A stretch of 64,000 bases of DNA, taken from the NCBI GenBank assembly GCA_944325895.1, contig CALVCA010000001.1:91165-155164 (forward strand). The letters are read 5' to 3'. The DNA comes from Candidatus Gastranaerophilales bacterium. GTDB lineage: Bacteria; Cyanobacteriota; Vampirovibrionia; Gastranaerophilales; Gastranaerophilaceae. Position numbers and translations under genes: made by a program. Shown one piece after another: positions 1-8,738 of this stretch. The notes under the pieces were generated by a model. That model did not search any database. It saw only the letters and a list, made by a program, of their open reading frames with translations, and was not told the DNA's origin. The stretch's first letter is position 1, and each line of letters begins with the position of its first letter.

Positions 1-160
1 TTATTATGTGTTTGTCAAAAATTTGCAGCAGATTATTTTTGGCACTTTCATCAGGATTGCTTTGTAATACGGCAATAGCTTGTTCTGCTTTTTTACGTTC
101 TTTTTGATTCAAACTTATTGCACTGAAATTTATTGAATTTTTAATTGGACTTATCAACAT
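1..160 (-). CDS. N-terminal 53 codons of a second mTERF-like paralog; the gene runs off the window start
   Basis: ATG at 158-160 (minus strand). The translation MLISPIKNSINFSAISLNQKERKKAEQAIAVLQSNPDESAKNNLLQIFDKHII parallels the N-terminus of the upstream 695-aa ORF. Nt 1-44 are identical to nt 2066-2109. It overlaps the stop of the upstream gene by 20 nt. Confidence 0.55.
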   Translation of the reverse strand, partial: MLISPIKNSINFSAISLNQKERKKAEQAIAVLQSNPDESAKNNLLQIFDKHII

Positions 161-2228
161 ATATTATTTGCTTTCCGAAATTTTCTTCACAAAAATCATG
201 TGTAAATTTTATCAATTCATCAGCTATATAGCCGTCATCAGGGATTTTAAAATTATAATTATAATCAGGATTGGAATTGATAAAACTTATTAAATTACTT
301 TTGCAATCATCGGGTTTTAATTTACTAAGTCTGATATTATTAGCTTTACTTATTAAAAGTCTGAGCATATCTAAATAAAAATATTCATCCTTGTTTTTAG
401 GGATATGCAAACTTTCAAAAGAAAATCCGCTTAACAATTTATAATATTTCTGCAAAGAATATTTATGATATACAGTTTCCGGTTTCATCTGCATAAAAAC
501 AGGTTCTCGCAATACTTTTTGTCTAATCTTGTCATCTTTAAACAGTTTTACAAGATTTTCAACATTATTAATTACTGTTTGAGGCTGCAGAGTTGCCACA
601 CTCGGCATTGCTAAAAGGATTTTAGCCATTTCTTCCTTTGTTTTCCCAAACCAATCTGCTAATTCCGTTACGTTATTTATAACCTTTTCAGGCTTTAAAA
701 CTAATATAGACGGGAACTTCACACCTGATTCAATATAATCTTCCTTTGATAAACTTAACGCATTTACAACAGTATCAATATTTGATTTAATACTTTCGAC
801 AGAACAAGAAACTAAATTAGGGCACTTTTTTAAAGCTTTTAAAATATTATTTCTCGGAGTGTTTAATTCTTTTGCCAATAAATCTATTTTAGCATCTATA
901 GTTTTTGAATTAAGAAGTAAAATATTAGTTGATTTTCTTAATAATTTAATTGTTTGCTCAGGGCTGATTTCAAGAATTTCTGAAATATGTTCTTTATTAT
1001 TTTTTATAGTTTCAATATCCCGAGCAAACAAAATAGGAGTAACCATAAAGACTTTGCCAATATTATTGGTTCCCAATATTTCGGAAAATGCTTTTGCTTT
1101 TTTCTCAACTAAATCGGGTGTAAAAGAAAATACTTCAGGAAACTTAACTCCCGCATTAATAAATTGTTCTCTTGTAATACCTAAAATTTCAGATGACGCA
1201 TCTGCATATTTAGAAAGATTTTCAGCGGATATCATAAACAACCTGGGAGCAACTAAAATACAACCTATATAATTTTTTAAAGGCAAATTCAATACTTTTG
1301 CACCGTTTTCAGCCCTATTGTATAAACAATCCGGAGTATATGTCAATATTGATGGATTTCTTTCAATCATAGAAATATATTTTTCTCTTGTAACGCCAAA
1401 CTTTTCAGCCCCTGTATCAATTTTATTTTCGATAACTTCAGGATTAATACAGATTAATCGGGGATTACTAAAAAAAAGTTTACTGTTATTTAATACTTTG
1501 GATGAGTTTTCAATATTATACTTAATTTTTTCAACCGGTAAAGATAAAAGCATTTGATTATGAATTAACAAATCAACTATAGCGTCAATATCCTTGTCAC
1601 GCCAAATTACATCCTGCAATTTTTTAGCCTTTACGTAATATTTTTCAGGCAAAACATTTTTTTCTTTTTGAATTTTTGCTATAGCGATTTTAGCTTGCTG
1701 CTGTTTTGTTTGATTATATTTATCATGAAAAGCCATATACCGCAATGCTTCATATTGACTTGAAGTTAAATTTACACTTACTTTATCAAGCTTATCTTTG
1801 TAATGCAAAACTTTTTCTTCATCAGGAGCAGATGCATACTGCGGCAGGTCATCTTCTGTTAATAATTTTAATTTATGCCCCGAAATTAAACATTCGTTTG
1901 AATATTTACTATGTACAATATTGGATTTAAAATCCGGCTTGTTTACAAATTCAATTATTCCGTCCAAAGTCATTTTTTGATCTATTGCGTCAAATAATGC
2001 AGTATAATACGCTTGAAGATAATCATCTTTTTGCGGAGAAAAAGAATATTTTAATTCAACTTCTTTTATTATGTGTTTGTCAAAAATTTGCAGCAGATTA
2101 TTTTTGGCAGCTTGAGAATCAGATGAATAAACCTTCTTTAAATTTTTATCGGCTTCAGTCTTTTCTTTATTATTCAAGCTTATTGAGGTAAAATTTACAG
2201 GAGTATAGTTTATATTTTTAAGAAACAT
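141..2228 (-). CDS. mTERF-like helical-repeat protein (695 aa), cytoplasmic, putative nucleic-acid binding
   Basis: Long ORF with at least eight consecutive 34-36-residue units, e.g. LGITREQFINAGVKFPEVFSFTPDLVEKKAKAFSEI and FGKTKEEMAKILLAMPSVATLQPQTVINNVENLVKL. These fit the mTERF motif pattern (LG-s-x-E-i-xx-ll-xxx-P-x-il-xx-s-x-e-x-l-xx-k-v-xx-l). No signal peptide. Confidence 0.7.
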   Translation of the reverse strand: MFLKNINYTPVNFTSISLNNKEKTEADKNLKKVYSSDSQAAKNNLLQIFDKHIIKEVELKYSFSPQKDDYLQAYYTALFDAIDQKMTLDGIIEFVNKPDFKSNIVHSKYSNECLISGHKLKLLTEDDLPQYASAPDEEKVLHYKDKLDKVSVNLTSSQYEALRYMAFHDKYNQTKQQQAKIAIAKIQKEKNVLPEKYYVKAKKLQDVIWRDKDIDAIVDLLIHNQMLLSLPVEKIKYNIENSSKVLNNSKLFFSNPRLICINPEVIENKIDTGAEKFGVTREKYISMIERNPSILTYTPDCLYNRAENGAKVLNLPLKNYIGCILVAPRLFMISAENLSKYADASSEILGITREQFINAGVKFPEVFSFTPDLVEKKAKAFSEILGTNNIGKVFMVTPILFARDIETIKNNKEHISEILEISPEQTIKLLRKSTNILLLNSKTIDAKIDLLAKELNTPRNNILKALKKCPNLVSCSVESIKSNIDTVVNALSLSKEDYIESGVKFPSILVLKPEKVINNVTELADWFGKTKEEMAKILLAMPSVATLQPQTVINNVENLVKLFKDDKIRQKVLREPVFMQMKPETVYHKYSLQKYYKLLSGFSFESLHIPKNKDEYFYLDMLRLLISKANNIRLSKLKPDDCKSNLISFINSNPDYNYNFKIPDDGYIADELIKFTHDFCEENFGKQIIYVDKSN

Positions 2229-2268
2229 ATTGATTTAAAATATAAACATAGAATATTTTGCTTTATTT

Positions 2269-4152
2269 TTAAACTTTTGTAACGAACTTTTCGTGTCTTT
2301 GCAAAAGCACCATCAAAACGGAAATATCAGCGGGTTTAACTCCGCCAATTCTTGACGCCTGTGCTAAATCCTTAGGTCTGATTTTAGACAATTTATCTTT
2401 AGTTTCTGTTGAAATATGTGTTATTTTTGAATAATCGATGTCTGACGGAAGTTTATATTTTTCAAGCTTTGCAGCCTGTTCGACCTGTAATTGCTGACGT
2501 TTTAAATAACCGTCGTATTTAATAAGAATTTCAGCCTGTTCATAAACATCACGAGGCAAAGAATCATCAGCTGCACCCAATTCTTTTAAAACTCCGTAAT
2601 TTATATTAGGACGTTTTAAAAGCTCGCTTAATCTTATTCCTCTGTCAATATGCTCGCCGTATTTTGAAAGTATTGAATTAACCCGCTCGTCAGAAGATAA
2701 TTTCGTTTGAGAAAGTCTTTCAAACTCTTTTTTAATAGCTTCTTGTTTATCAATAAATCTCTTATATTGAGCATCATCAATAAGTCCTAACTTATGTCCG
2801 AGTTCACAAAGCCTTGCATCGGCATTGTCTTGACGCAAAAGCAACCTGTATTCAGAACGTGACGTAAGCATTCTGTAAGGTTCATCAATATCTTTAGTAA
2901 CAAGATCGTCGATTAATGTTCCGATATAAGAATTACTACGTGATAATTCAAGCATATCTGAAGAATTCAGATAATTAACAGCATTAATACCTGCAACAAG
3001 CCCCTGGGCTGCAGCTTCTTCGTAACCGCTTGTTCCGTTTATCTGACCGCCTAAAAATAATCCTTTAATTTTTTTAGACATCAAAGAATGAGTTGTTTGA
3101 ACAGCCGGAACATAATCATATTCAACAGCATAAGCAGGTTTTATAACATGTGCATTTTCCAAACCCGGCAAAGTCCTCAGCATTTGAATTTGAACGTCAG
3201 CCGGAAGACTGCTTGAAAAGCCTTGAATATATACTTCATAAGTTCCAAGCCCTTCAGGTTCAATAAAAATATGATGCGACGGATTTTCAGAAAACCTCAC
3301 TATCTTGTCCTCTATTGACGGACAGTATCTCGGACCGGTACCATGAATTAAGCCTTGATACATAGGTGATTTATCAAGATTATTTTTTATTATTTCGTGA
3401 GTTTTTTCATTGGTACGTGTCAAATAACACGGATATTGTTTTCTAATCGGACGATCAGGTCTAAAAGAATAAAAATTTAAAACCTCATCTCCGGGTTGTA
3501 TTGTCATTTTGGAATAATCAATTGTACGTTTATCAACTCTCGGAGGAGTACCCGTTTTTAGTTTTTTTATTTCAATGCCGAGTTTCTGCAAACTGCCGCT
3601 TAAACCGATAGCGGCTTTTTCACCAAGTCTGCCGGCACTGTAGGATTTTAAGCCGACCCAAATTTTCCCTTCCAAAGATGTGCCGGTCGTCAATACAATT
3701 GCATTTGCCCTGTATTCAATTCCGAATTCATCGACCGCACCCGCAACTTTACCGTCTTTAGTCAAAACCTCTGTAATACAGCATTGTTTTAAATAAATAT
3801 TATCCGTATTTTCAATAATATTACGCATATATGCCATATACTCTTTTTTATCGGATTGAGCTCTCAGAGCTTGAACAGCAGGACCTTTGGAAGAATTAAG
3901 CATTTTCATTTGAATATAAGTTGCATCGGCAGCTTCTGCCATAACACCGCCCAAAGCGTCAATTTCTCTCACCAAAGTAGACTTTGCAGGACCTCCTATT
4001 GCAGGATTACAAGGCATTAATGCAATATTATCAACATTTAAAGTACATAATAAAACTTTACACCCCAATCTTGCCGCAGCTATTGCGGCTTCACATCCTG
4101 CATGTCCCGCTCCTACAACTATTATATCAAATTCATTCTTTAAATAACTCAT
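2269..4152 (-). CDS. mnmG: tRNA uridine 5-carboxymethylaminomethyl modification enzyme MnmG (GidA)
   Basis: FAD fold DIIVVGAGHAGCEAA, full-length GidA-like sequence, C-terminal GGVKPADISVL. The start was moved to MSYLKNEFD (ATG 4150-4152) inside the longer ORF. Confidence 0.94.
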   Translation of the reverse strand: MSYLKNEFDIIVVGAGHAGCEAAIAAARLGCKVLLCTLNVDNIALMPCNPAIGGPAKSTLVREIDALGGVMAEAADATYIQMKMLNSSKGPAVQALRAQSDKKEYMAYMRNIIENTDNIYLKQCCITEVLTKDGKVAGAVDEFGIEYRANAIVLTTGTSLEGKIWVGLKSYSAGRLGEKAAIGLSGSLQKLGIEIKKLKTGTPPRVDKRTIDYSKMTIQPGDEVLNFYSFRPDRPIRKQYPCYLTRTNEKTHEIIKNNLDKSPMYQGLIHGTGPRYCPSIEDKIVRFSENPSHHIFIEPEGLGTYEVYIQGFSSSLPADVQIQMLRTLPGLENAHVIKPAYAVEYDYVPAVQTTHSLMSKKIKGLFLGGQINGTSGYEEAAAQGLVAGINAVNYLNSSDMLELSRSNSYIGTLIDDLVTKDIDEPYRMLTSRSEYRLLLRQDNADARLCELGHKLGLIDDAQYKRFIDKQEAIKKEFERLSQTKLSSDERVNSILSKYGEHIDRGIRLSELLKRPNINYGVLKELGAADDSLPRDVYEQAEILIKYDGYLKRQQLQVEQAAKLEKYKLPSDIDYSKITHISTETKDKLSKIRPKDLAQASRIGGVKPADISVLMVLLQRHEKFVTKV

Positions 4153-4236
4153 AAACATATTATAATACAAAAAGCAAAACTTCATTAACTTGATTTATAA
4201 AAAAAATTATGAGATAATATGTTGGGAGGAGCAGAC

Positions 4237-4725
4237 ATGAGTATAGCCACAAAAATTAGTACCAAAAAGCTGGATGAGATATTACAAATTTATGATTACA
4301 AAAAATCCAATCTTATAGCAATATTGCAAAAGGTTCAGGAAGAATACAGATACCTTCCCGAAGAAGCAATGATTTACATCGGAACAAAAATAGAAGGGCT
4401 TTCGCCTGCAACAGTGTTAGGGGTTGCGACATTTTATGCACAATTTTCGCTGGAACCTAAAGGAAAATTTGAAATAAAAGTTTGTGATGGTACAGCATGC
4501 CATGTTAGAGGTTCTATGCCTGTATTGAACGCAATAAGACAAAAACTTAACATGAAAGAAGGACAATTAACAAGCGAAAACGGGTTATTTTCATTAGAAA
4601 CCGTAAGTTGCCTTGGAGCCTGCGGTTTAGCACCGGTTGTTGTTATTAATGAAAAAGTATATCCGCAAATGACATCAGATGCAATAAATATAGTGTTGGA
4701 TACCCTTTTAAAAGAGGAAGAATAA
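4237..4725 (+). CDS. hydC: [FeFe]-hydrogenase NuoE-like 2Fe-2S subunit (HydC/HndA type)
   Basis: Thioredoxin-like 2Fe-2S ferredoxin pattern CDGTACHVRG...VSCLGACGLAP. GGAGG Shine-Dalgarno (SD) before ATG 4237. First gene of a tightly packed three-gene operon. Confidence 0.9.
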   Translation: MSIATKISTKKLDEILQIYDYKKSNLIAILQKVQEEYRYLPEEAMIYIGTKIEGLSPATVLGVATFYAQFSLEPKGKFEIKVCDGTACHVRGSMPVLNAIRQKLNMKEGQLTSENGLFSLETVSCLGACGLAPVVVINEKVYPQMTSDAINIVLDTLLKEEE

Positions 4726-4726
4726 T

Positions 4727-6589
4727 ATGGAAAAAACAAGTTTGAATATAGATATAAAAGAAGAACAAAAACAAGCACGGGAAGAAATTAAAAAACAGGG
4801 GCTGAGAGTTTTGGTATGTGCCGGGACAGGCTGTGTTGCAAACGGTGCTTTAGGGGTTATTGAAAGATTTAAAGAGCTTGGTGCAGATGTATCTGTTTTA
4901 AGCGACTACGATAAAATGACAATAGTTCCGACCGGCTGCCACGGATTTTGCGAACAGGGTGTTTTGGTAAGCATTCCTGACAAACACGTCACATATGTAA
5001 AAGTACGTTACAAAGACGTTGAAGAAATATATGAAACCCATATAAGAGGCGGAAAGCCTGTAGAAAGATTACTATACACTGATCCTCAGACTAAAGAACA
5101 TATTTTTAAAGATGAAGATATAAATTTCTACGCAAAACAGAGTCGTACTGCACTTAAAAATTGCGGGAATATCAATGCGGAAGATATAGACGAAGCAATA
5201 GCCGTCAGAGGTTACGAAGCACTATACAATGTATTGGAAGAAAATAATCCCGATGCTGTCATAGAAACAATCGAAAAATCAGGGTTGCGGGGCAGAGGCG
5301 GCGGCGGATTTCCGACAGGAAGAAAATGGAGATTTACGGCTGCAAACAGAGGCGGAAAATCATACGTTGTATGTAACGGAGATGAAGGCGATCCTGGAGC
5401 TTTTATGGACAGAAGCATTATGGAAGGCGACCCGCATAAATTGCTTGAAGGAATGGCTATAGCAGCTTTTGCAATCGGTGCGGATGAAGGATATATATAT
5501 GTCAGGGCTGAATACCCGCTGGCAATTAAACGGCTTAAAAAAGCCATAAAAGATGCCGAAGCACGTAATTTTTTAGGCAAAAACATTATGGGATCCGATT
5601 TTTCTTTTACAATACACATAAAAGAAGGAGCCGGAGCATTTGTATGCGGTGAAGAAACAGCTTTAATCGCTTCCATAGAAGGTGAAAGAGGAATGCCAAG
5701 ACCTAAACCGCCGTTTCCAGCAAATAAAGGTTTGTTTGGCAGACCTACGCTCATTAATAACGTTGAAACACTTGCCAATGTACCGGTAATTATGCTTAAC
5801 GGTGCTGATTGGTTTGCTAAAATGGGTACCGAAACATCAAAAGGTACAAAAACATTTGCTCTAACAGGAGAAGTAAACAATACCGGTTTAATAGAAGTTC
5901 CCATGGGAACAACATTAAGACAGATAATTTTTGATATAGGCGGCGGAATACGAGGCGGTAAGAAGTTTAAGGCTGTACAAATCGGAGGACCTTCGGGCGG
6001 ATGTCTGACTGAAGAACATTTGGATTTACCGATGGATTATGACAGTCTTATAAAAGCAGGTGCTATGGTCGGTTCGGGCGGTTTGGTCGTAATGGCTGAA
6101 GATACCTGTATGGTTGAAGTTGCAAGATTTTTCATGAACTTTACCAAAAATGAAAGCTGCGGCAAATGCGTTCCTTGCCGTGAAGGCACAAAAAATATGC
6201 TTAAAATCCTTGAAAAAATTGTTCAAGGAAAAGGTGAACTTTCTGATTTGGATTTACTAGAAGAACTGGCAAGAACCGTTAAAGAAGGTTCTCTGTGCGG
6301 TTTGGGTAAAACAGCACCAAATCCGGTTCTTTCAACACTAAAATATTTCAAAGACGAATATATTGCCCACATTGTGGACAAAAAATGTCCTGCAGGTGTT
6401 TGTACGGCCTTAAAAACTGTTGTTATCAACGAAGAAAAATGCAAAGGCTGCACAAAATGTGCAAGGACATGTCCTGTAGGTGCAATTGAAGGTACTGTAA
6501 AACAGCCGCACCACATTAATCAAGACAAATGTATCAAATGCGAAGCATGTTTAAAAAGTTGTCCGTTTAAGGCAATAGAATTAAAATAG
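4727..6589 (+). CDS. hydB: [FeFe]-hydrogenase NuoF-like flavoprotein subunit (HydB/HndC type), NAD(H)/FMN binding
   Basis: N-terminal 2Fe-2S module (CAGTGC...TGCHGFCEQG). GRGGGGFPTGRKW FMN/NADH motif. ESCGKCVPCREG 4Fe-4S. C-terminal 2x4Fe-4S ferredoxin (CKGCTKCARTCP, CIKCEACLKSCP). Confidence 0.92.
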   Translation: MEKTSLNIDIKEEQKQAREEIKKQGLRVLVCAGTGCVANGALGVIERFKELGADVSVLSDYDKMTIVPTGCHGFCEQGVLVSIPDKHVTYVKVRYKDVEEIYETHIRGGKPVERLLYTDPQTKEHIFKDEDINFYAKQSRTALKNCGNINAEDIDEAIAVRGYEALYNVLEENNPDAVIETIEKSGLRGRGGGGFPTGRKWRFTAANRGGKSYVVCNGDEGDPGAFMDRSIMEGDPHKLLEGMAIAAFAIGADEGYIYVRAEYPLAIKRLKKAIKDAEARNFLGKNIMGSDFSFTIHIKEGAGAFVCGEETALIASIEGERGMPRPKPPFPANKGLFGRPTLINNVETLANVPVIMLNGADWFAKMGTETSKGTKTFALTGEVNNTGLIEVPMGTTLRQIIFDIGGGIRGGKKFKAVQIGGPSGGCLTEEHLDLPMDYDSLIKAGAMVGSGGLVVMAEDTCMVEVARFFMNFTKNESCGKCVPCREGTKNMLKILEKIVQGKGELSDLDLLEELARTVKEGSLCGLGKTAPNPVLSTLKYFKDEYIAHIVDKKCPAGVCTALKTVVINEEKCKGCTKCARTCPVGAIEGTVKQPHHINQDKCIKCEACLKSCPFKAIELK

Positions 6590-6602
6590 AAGGAATAAGA
6601 GA

Positions 6603-8345
6603 ATGACAAATACATTATTTATAGACGGTAAAGAAGTTGAATACACTGACGAACCCAATTTGTTGGAAGTAATCAGAAAAGCGGGGATGAACGTACCGAC
6701 ATTCTGTTACAGACCTGACTTAACATCATTTGGAGCATGCAGAATGTGCGTTGTTGAAGTGGAAGGCAGAGGAATACAATCTTCTTGTACTATGCCGCCG
6801 GAACCGGGATTAAAAATTCACCTCAACACTGAAAAGACAAGACGTATCAGAAAAACCGTTTTGGAATTGCTTTTAGCAAACCATGACAGAAGCTGCTTAA
6901 CCTGCGAAAAATCAGGTGATTGCGAACTTCAAAAATATTCTGAAGAATACGGTATTAAAAAAATACGCTATGCAGATAAAGATGAATATTTACCTATAGA
7001 TGATACATCACCGTCAATAGTAAGAGATCCGAACAAATGCATTCTCTGCGGAGCATGTGTTAGAGCTTGCACGGAATTTCAAGGACATTCGGTTTTGGGT
7101 TTTGTAAACAGAGGTTCAAAAACCGTTGTTGAGCCGATAAGACCGCTTGGACAATCAGATTGCGTAAACTGCGGACAGTGTGTTGCTGTATGCCCGACAG
7201 GTGCTTTAACGATAAAATCAAATATTGATGACGTATGGTCAAGAATTACGGATCCGACAAAACGGGTAATTGCTCACATAGCACCGTCTGTACGTGTAGC
7301 TTTGGGTGAAATGTTCGGTTTGGAACCCGGGGAAAATACTATAGGCAAAATTGATGCAGCTCTTAGAAAAATAGGGTTTGACATGGTATTTGACACAAAT
7401 TTCGGTGCTGATTTAACAATAATGGAAGAAGCAACCGAATTTTTAGACAGATTAAAAACAGGTAAAAATTTGCCGTTATTTACATCGTGCTGTCCTGCCT
7501 GGATAAAATATATTGAAACTATGCATCCTGATATGCTTAATCACTTATCAAGCTGCAAATCACCAATGTCTATGCAGTCGCCTGTTTTAGTTGATTTAGT
7601 ACCTAAAATGCTCGGTATTGACAGAAAAGATTTAACGGTTGTAGCTATAATGCCTTGTACAGCCAAAAAATTTGAGGCACTTCGTCCTGAAATGTCACAA
7701 AACGGCGTTCAAGATACAGATTTTGTCCTGACAACAAAAGAATTAGGAAAAATGATTAAAACAGCCGGAATAGATTTTAATGCACTTGAACCTGAAAAAC
7801 CCGATTCACCGTTCGGAGAATATTCAGGAGCAGGAACAATTTTCGGTGCTTCCGGCGGTGTTGCCGAAGCTGCTGTCAGAACTGCATATGAATTTGCAAC
7901 GGGTGAAATTTTAAAAGATGTTGATATAAAAGAACTTAGAGGAACAACCAACAGGTGCCGTGACGTTGAAATTGATATCAAAGGCACAAAAGTTGTTGTC
8001 CGGGTTGTATCAACACTAAAAGAAGCTGAAAAATCTTTAAAAGAGATAAAATCAGGCAAGGCACAGTTCCAAATGCTGGAAGTTATGGCATGCCCCGGCG
8101 GGTGTATCAATGGCGGCGGGCAGCCGACAAGCTGCAACAATTCAAAAATCAAAGCCGAACGTGCTGCAGGACTCTACAAAGAAGACAGAGAGCTGTCTGA
8201 GAGAAAATCTCATATGAATTCATCAGTACAAAAACTTTATCAGGAATTTTTAGAACACCCGAATTCACATAAAGCACATGAATTACTGCATACTGTTTAT
8301 ACAGACAGATTAAAAAATTCTTACAGAAATATAGAGAGTGTCTAG
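6603..8345 (+). CDS. hydA: [FeFe]-hydrogenase catalytic subunit HydA (NuoG-like N-terminus plus H-cluster domain)
   Basis: H-cluster signatures TSCCPAW, MPCTAKKFE and EVMACPGGCINGGGQP. N-terminal 2Fe-2S, a His-ligated 4Fe-4S and two ferredoxin-type CxxCxxCxxxCP motifs. Confidence 0.94.
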   Translation: MTNTLFIDGKEVEYTDEPNLLEVIRKAGMNVPTFCYRPDLTSFGACRMCVVEVEGRGIQSSCTMPPEPGLKIHLNTEKTRRIRKTVLELLLANHDRSCLTCEKSGDCELQKYSEEYGIKKIRYADKDEYLPIDDTSPSIVRDPNKCILCGACVRACTEFQGHSVLGFVNRGSKTVVEPIRPLGQSDCVNCGQCVAVCPTGALTIKSNIDDVWSRITDPTKRVIAHIAPSVRVALGEMFGLEPGENTIGKIDAALRKIGFDMVFDTNFGADLTIMEEATEFLDRLKTGKNLPLFTSCCPAWIKYIETMHPDMLNHLSSCKSPMSMQSPVLVDLVPKMLGIDRKDLTVVAIMPCTAKKFEALRPEMSQNGVQDTDFVLTTKELGKMIKTAGIDFNALEPEKPDSPFGEYSGAGTIFGASGGVAEAAVRTAYEFATGEILKDVDIKELRGTTNRCRDVEIDIKGTKVVVRVVSTLKEAEKSLKEIKSGKAQFQMLEVMACPGGCINGGGQPTSCNNSKIKAERAAGLYKEDRELSERKSHMNSSVQKLYQEFLEHPNSHKAHELLHTVYTDRLKNSYRNIESV

Positions 8346-8358
8346 CTCTCTATATTTC
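8331..8358 (+). terminator. Possible weak intrinsic terminator overlapping the hydA stop
   Basis: Hairpin ATAGAGAG-tgtctag-CTCTCTAT followed by ATTTCAT. The U-tail is poor. Confidence 0.3.
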
Positions 8359-8435
8359 ATCCAAATAAATGAACAATTAATTCTGAAAATCGTTTTATAA
8401 TATATAAGGTTAGTTTATTAAAAAAAGGAGACATT

Positions 8436-8696
8436 ATGACAGAAGAACAACACAATTGCGAATGCGTTTGCATGTCAAAAGGGTTTAGAAAATTTTTAAT
8501 TGTAACTTGCGGATCATTTATCGGGGTATTTTTTGCATTATGCTTATTTGGTTCCATTTACAAACCGCCAATGCCGCCTATGCCGATATATCCCGGATAT
8601 CATCATGAATGCCACTGCATGGATCATCACGGTGATTTCCATCACAAAAAACATTTCAAAGGTCATAAACCAAGTCCGAAATTCGACAAAGATTAA
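8436..8696 (+). CDS. Small single-pass membrane protein with Cys-rich N-terminus and His/Cys-rich C-terminal tail
   Basis: Strong SD (AAAGGAGA) 6 nt before the ATG. One hydrophobic helix (FLIVTCGSFIGVFFALCLFGSI). Tail is HHECHCMDHHGDFHHKKHFKGH. Followed by a terminator. Confidence 0.6.
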   Translation: MTEEQHNCECVCMSKGFRKFLIVTCGSFIGVFFALCLFGSIYKPPMPPMPIYPGYHHECHCMDHHGDFHHKKHFKGHKPSPKFDKD

Positions 8697-8703
8697 TGAA
8701 AAT

Positions 8704-8738
8704 AAAAGAACTTGCAAAAGCAAGTTCTTTTATTTTTT
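8704..8738. terminator. Bidirectional intrinsic terminator between convergent genes
   Basis: 12-bp stem AAAAGAACTTGC / GCAAGTTCTTTT with an AAAA loop, and T-runs on both strands. Confidence 0.65.

Noticed and set aside
4153-4236. Longer upstream start codons given by the ORF track for several genes (4185 mnmG, 4219 hydC, 14465 TpsA, 21079 fabI, 22090 rplJ, 48829 mnmA, 50949 ruvB).
   Set aside because: In each case an internal ATG preceded by a good Shine-Dalgarno coincides with the conserved N-terminus of the family. The upstream extensions encode non-conserved, often hydrophobic junk or overlap neighbouring genes.
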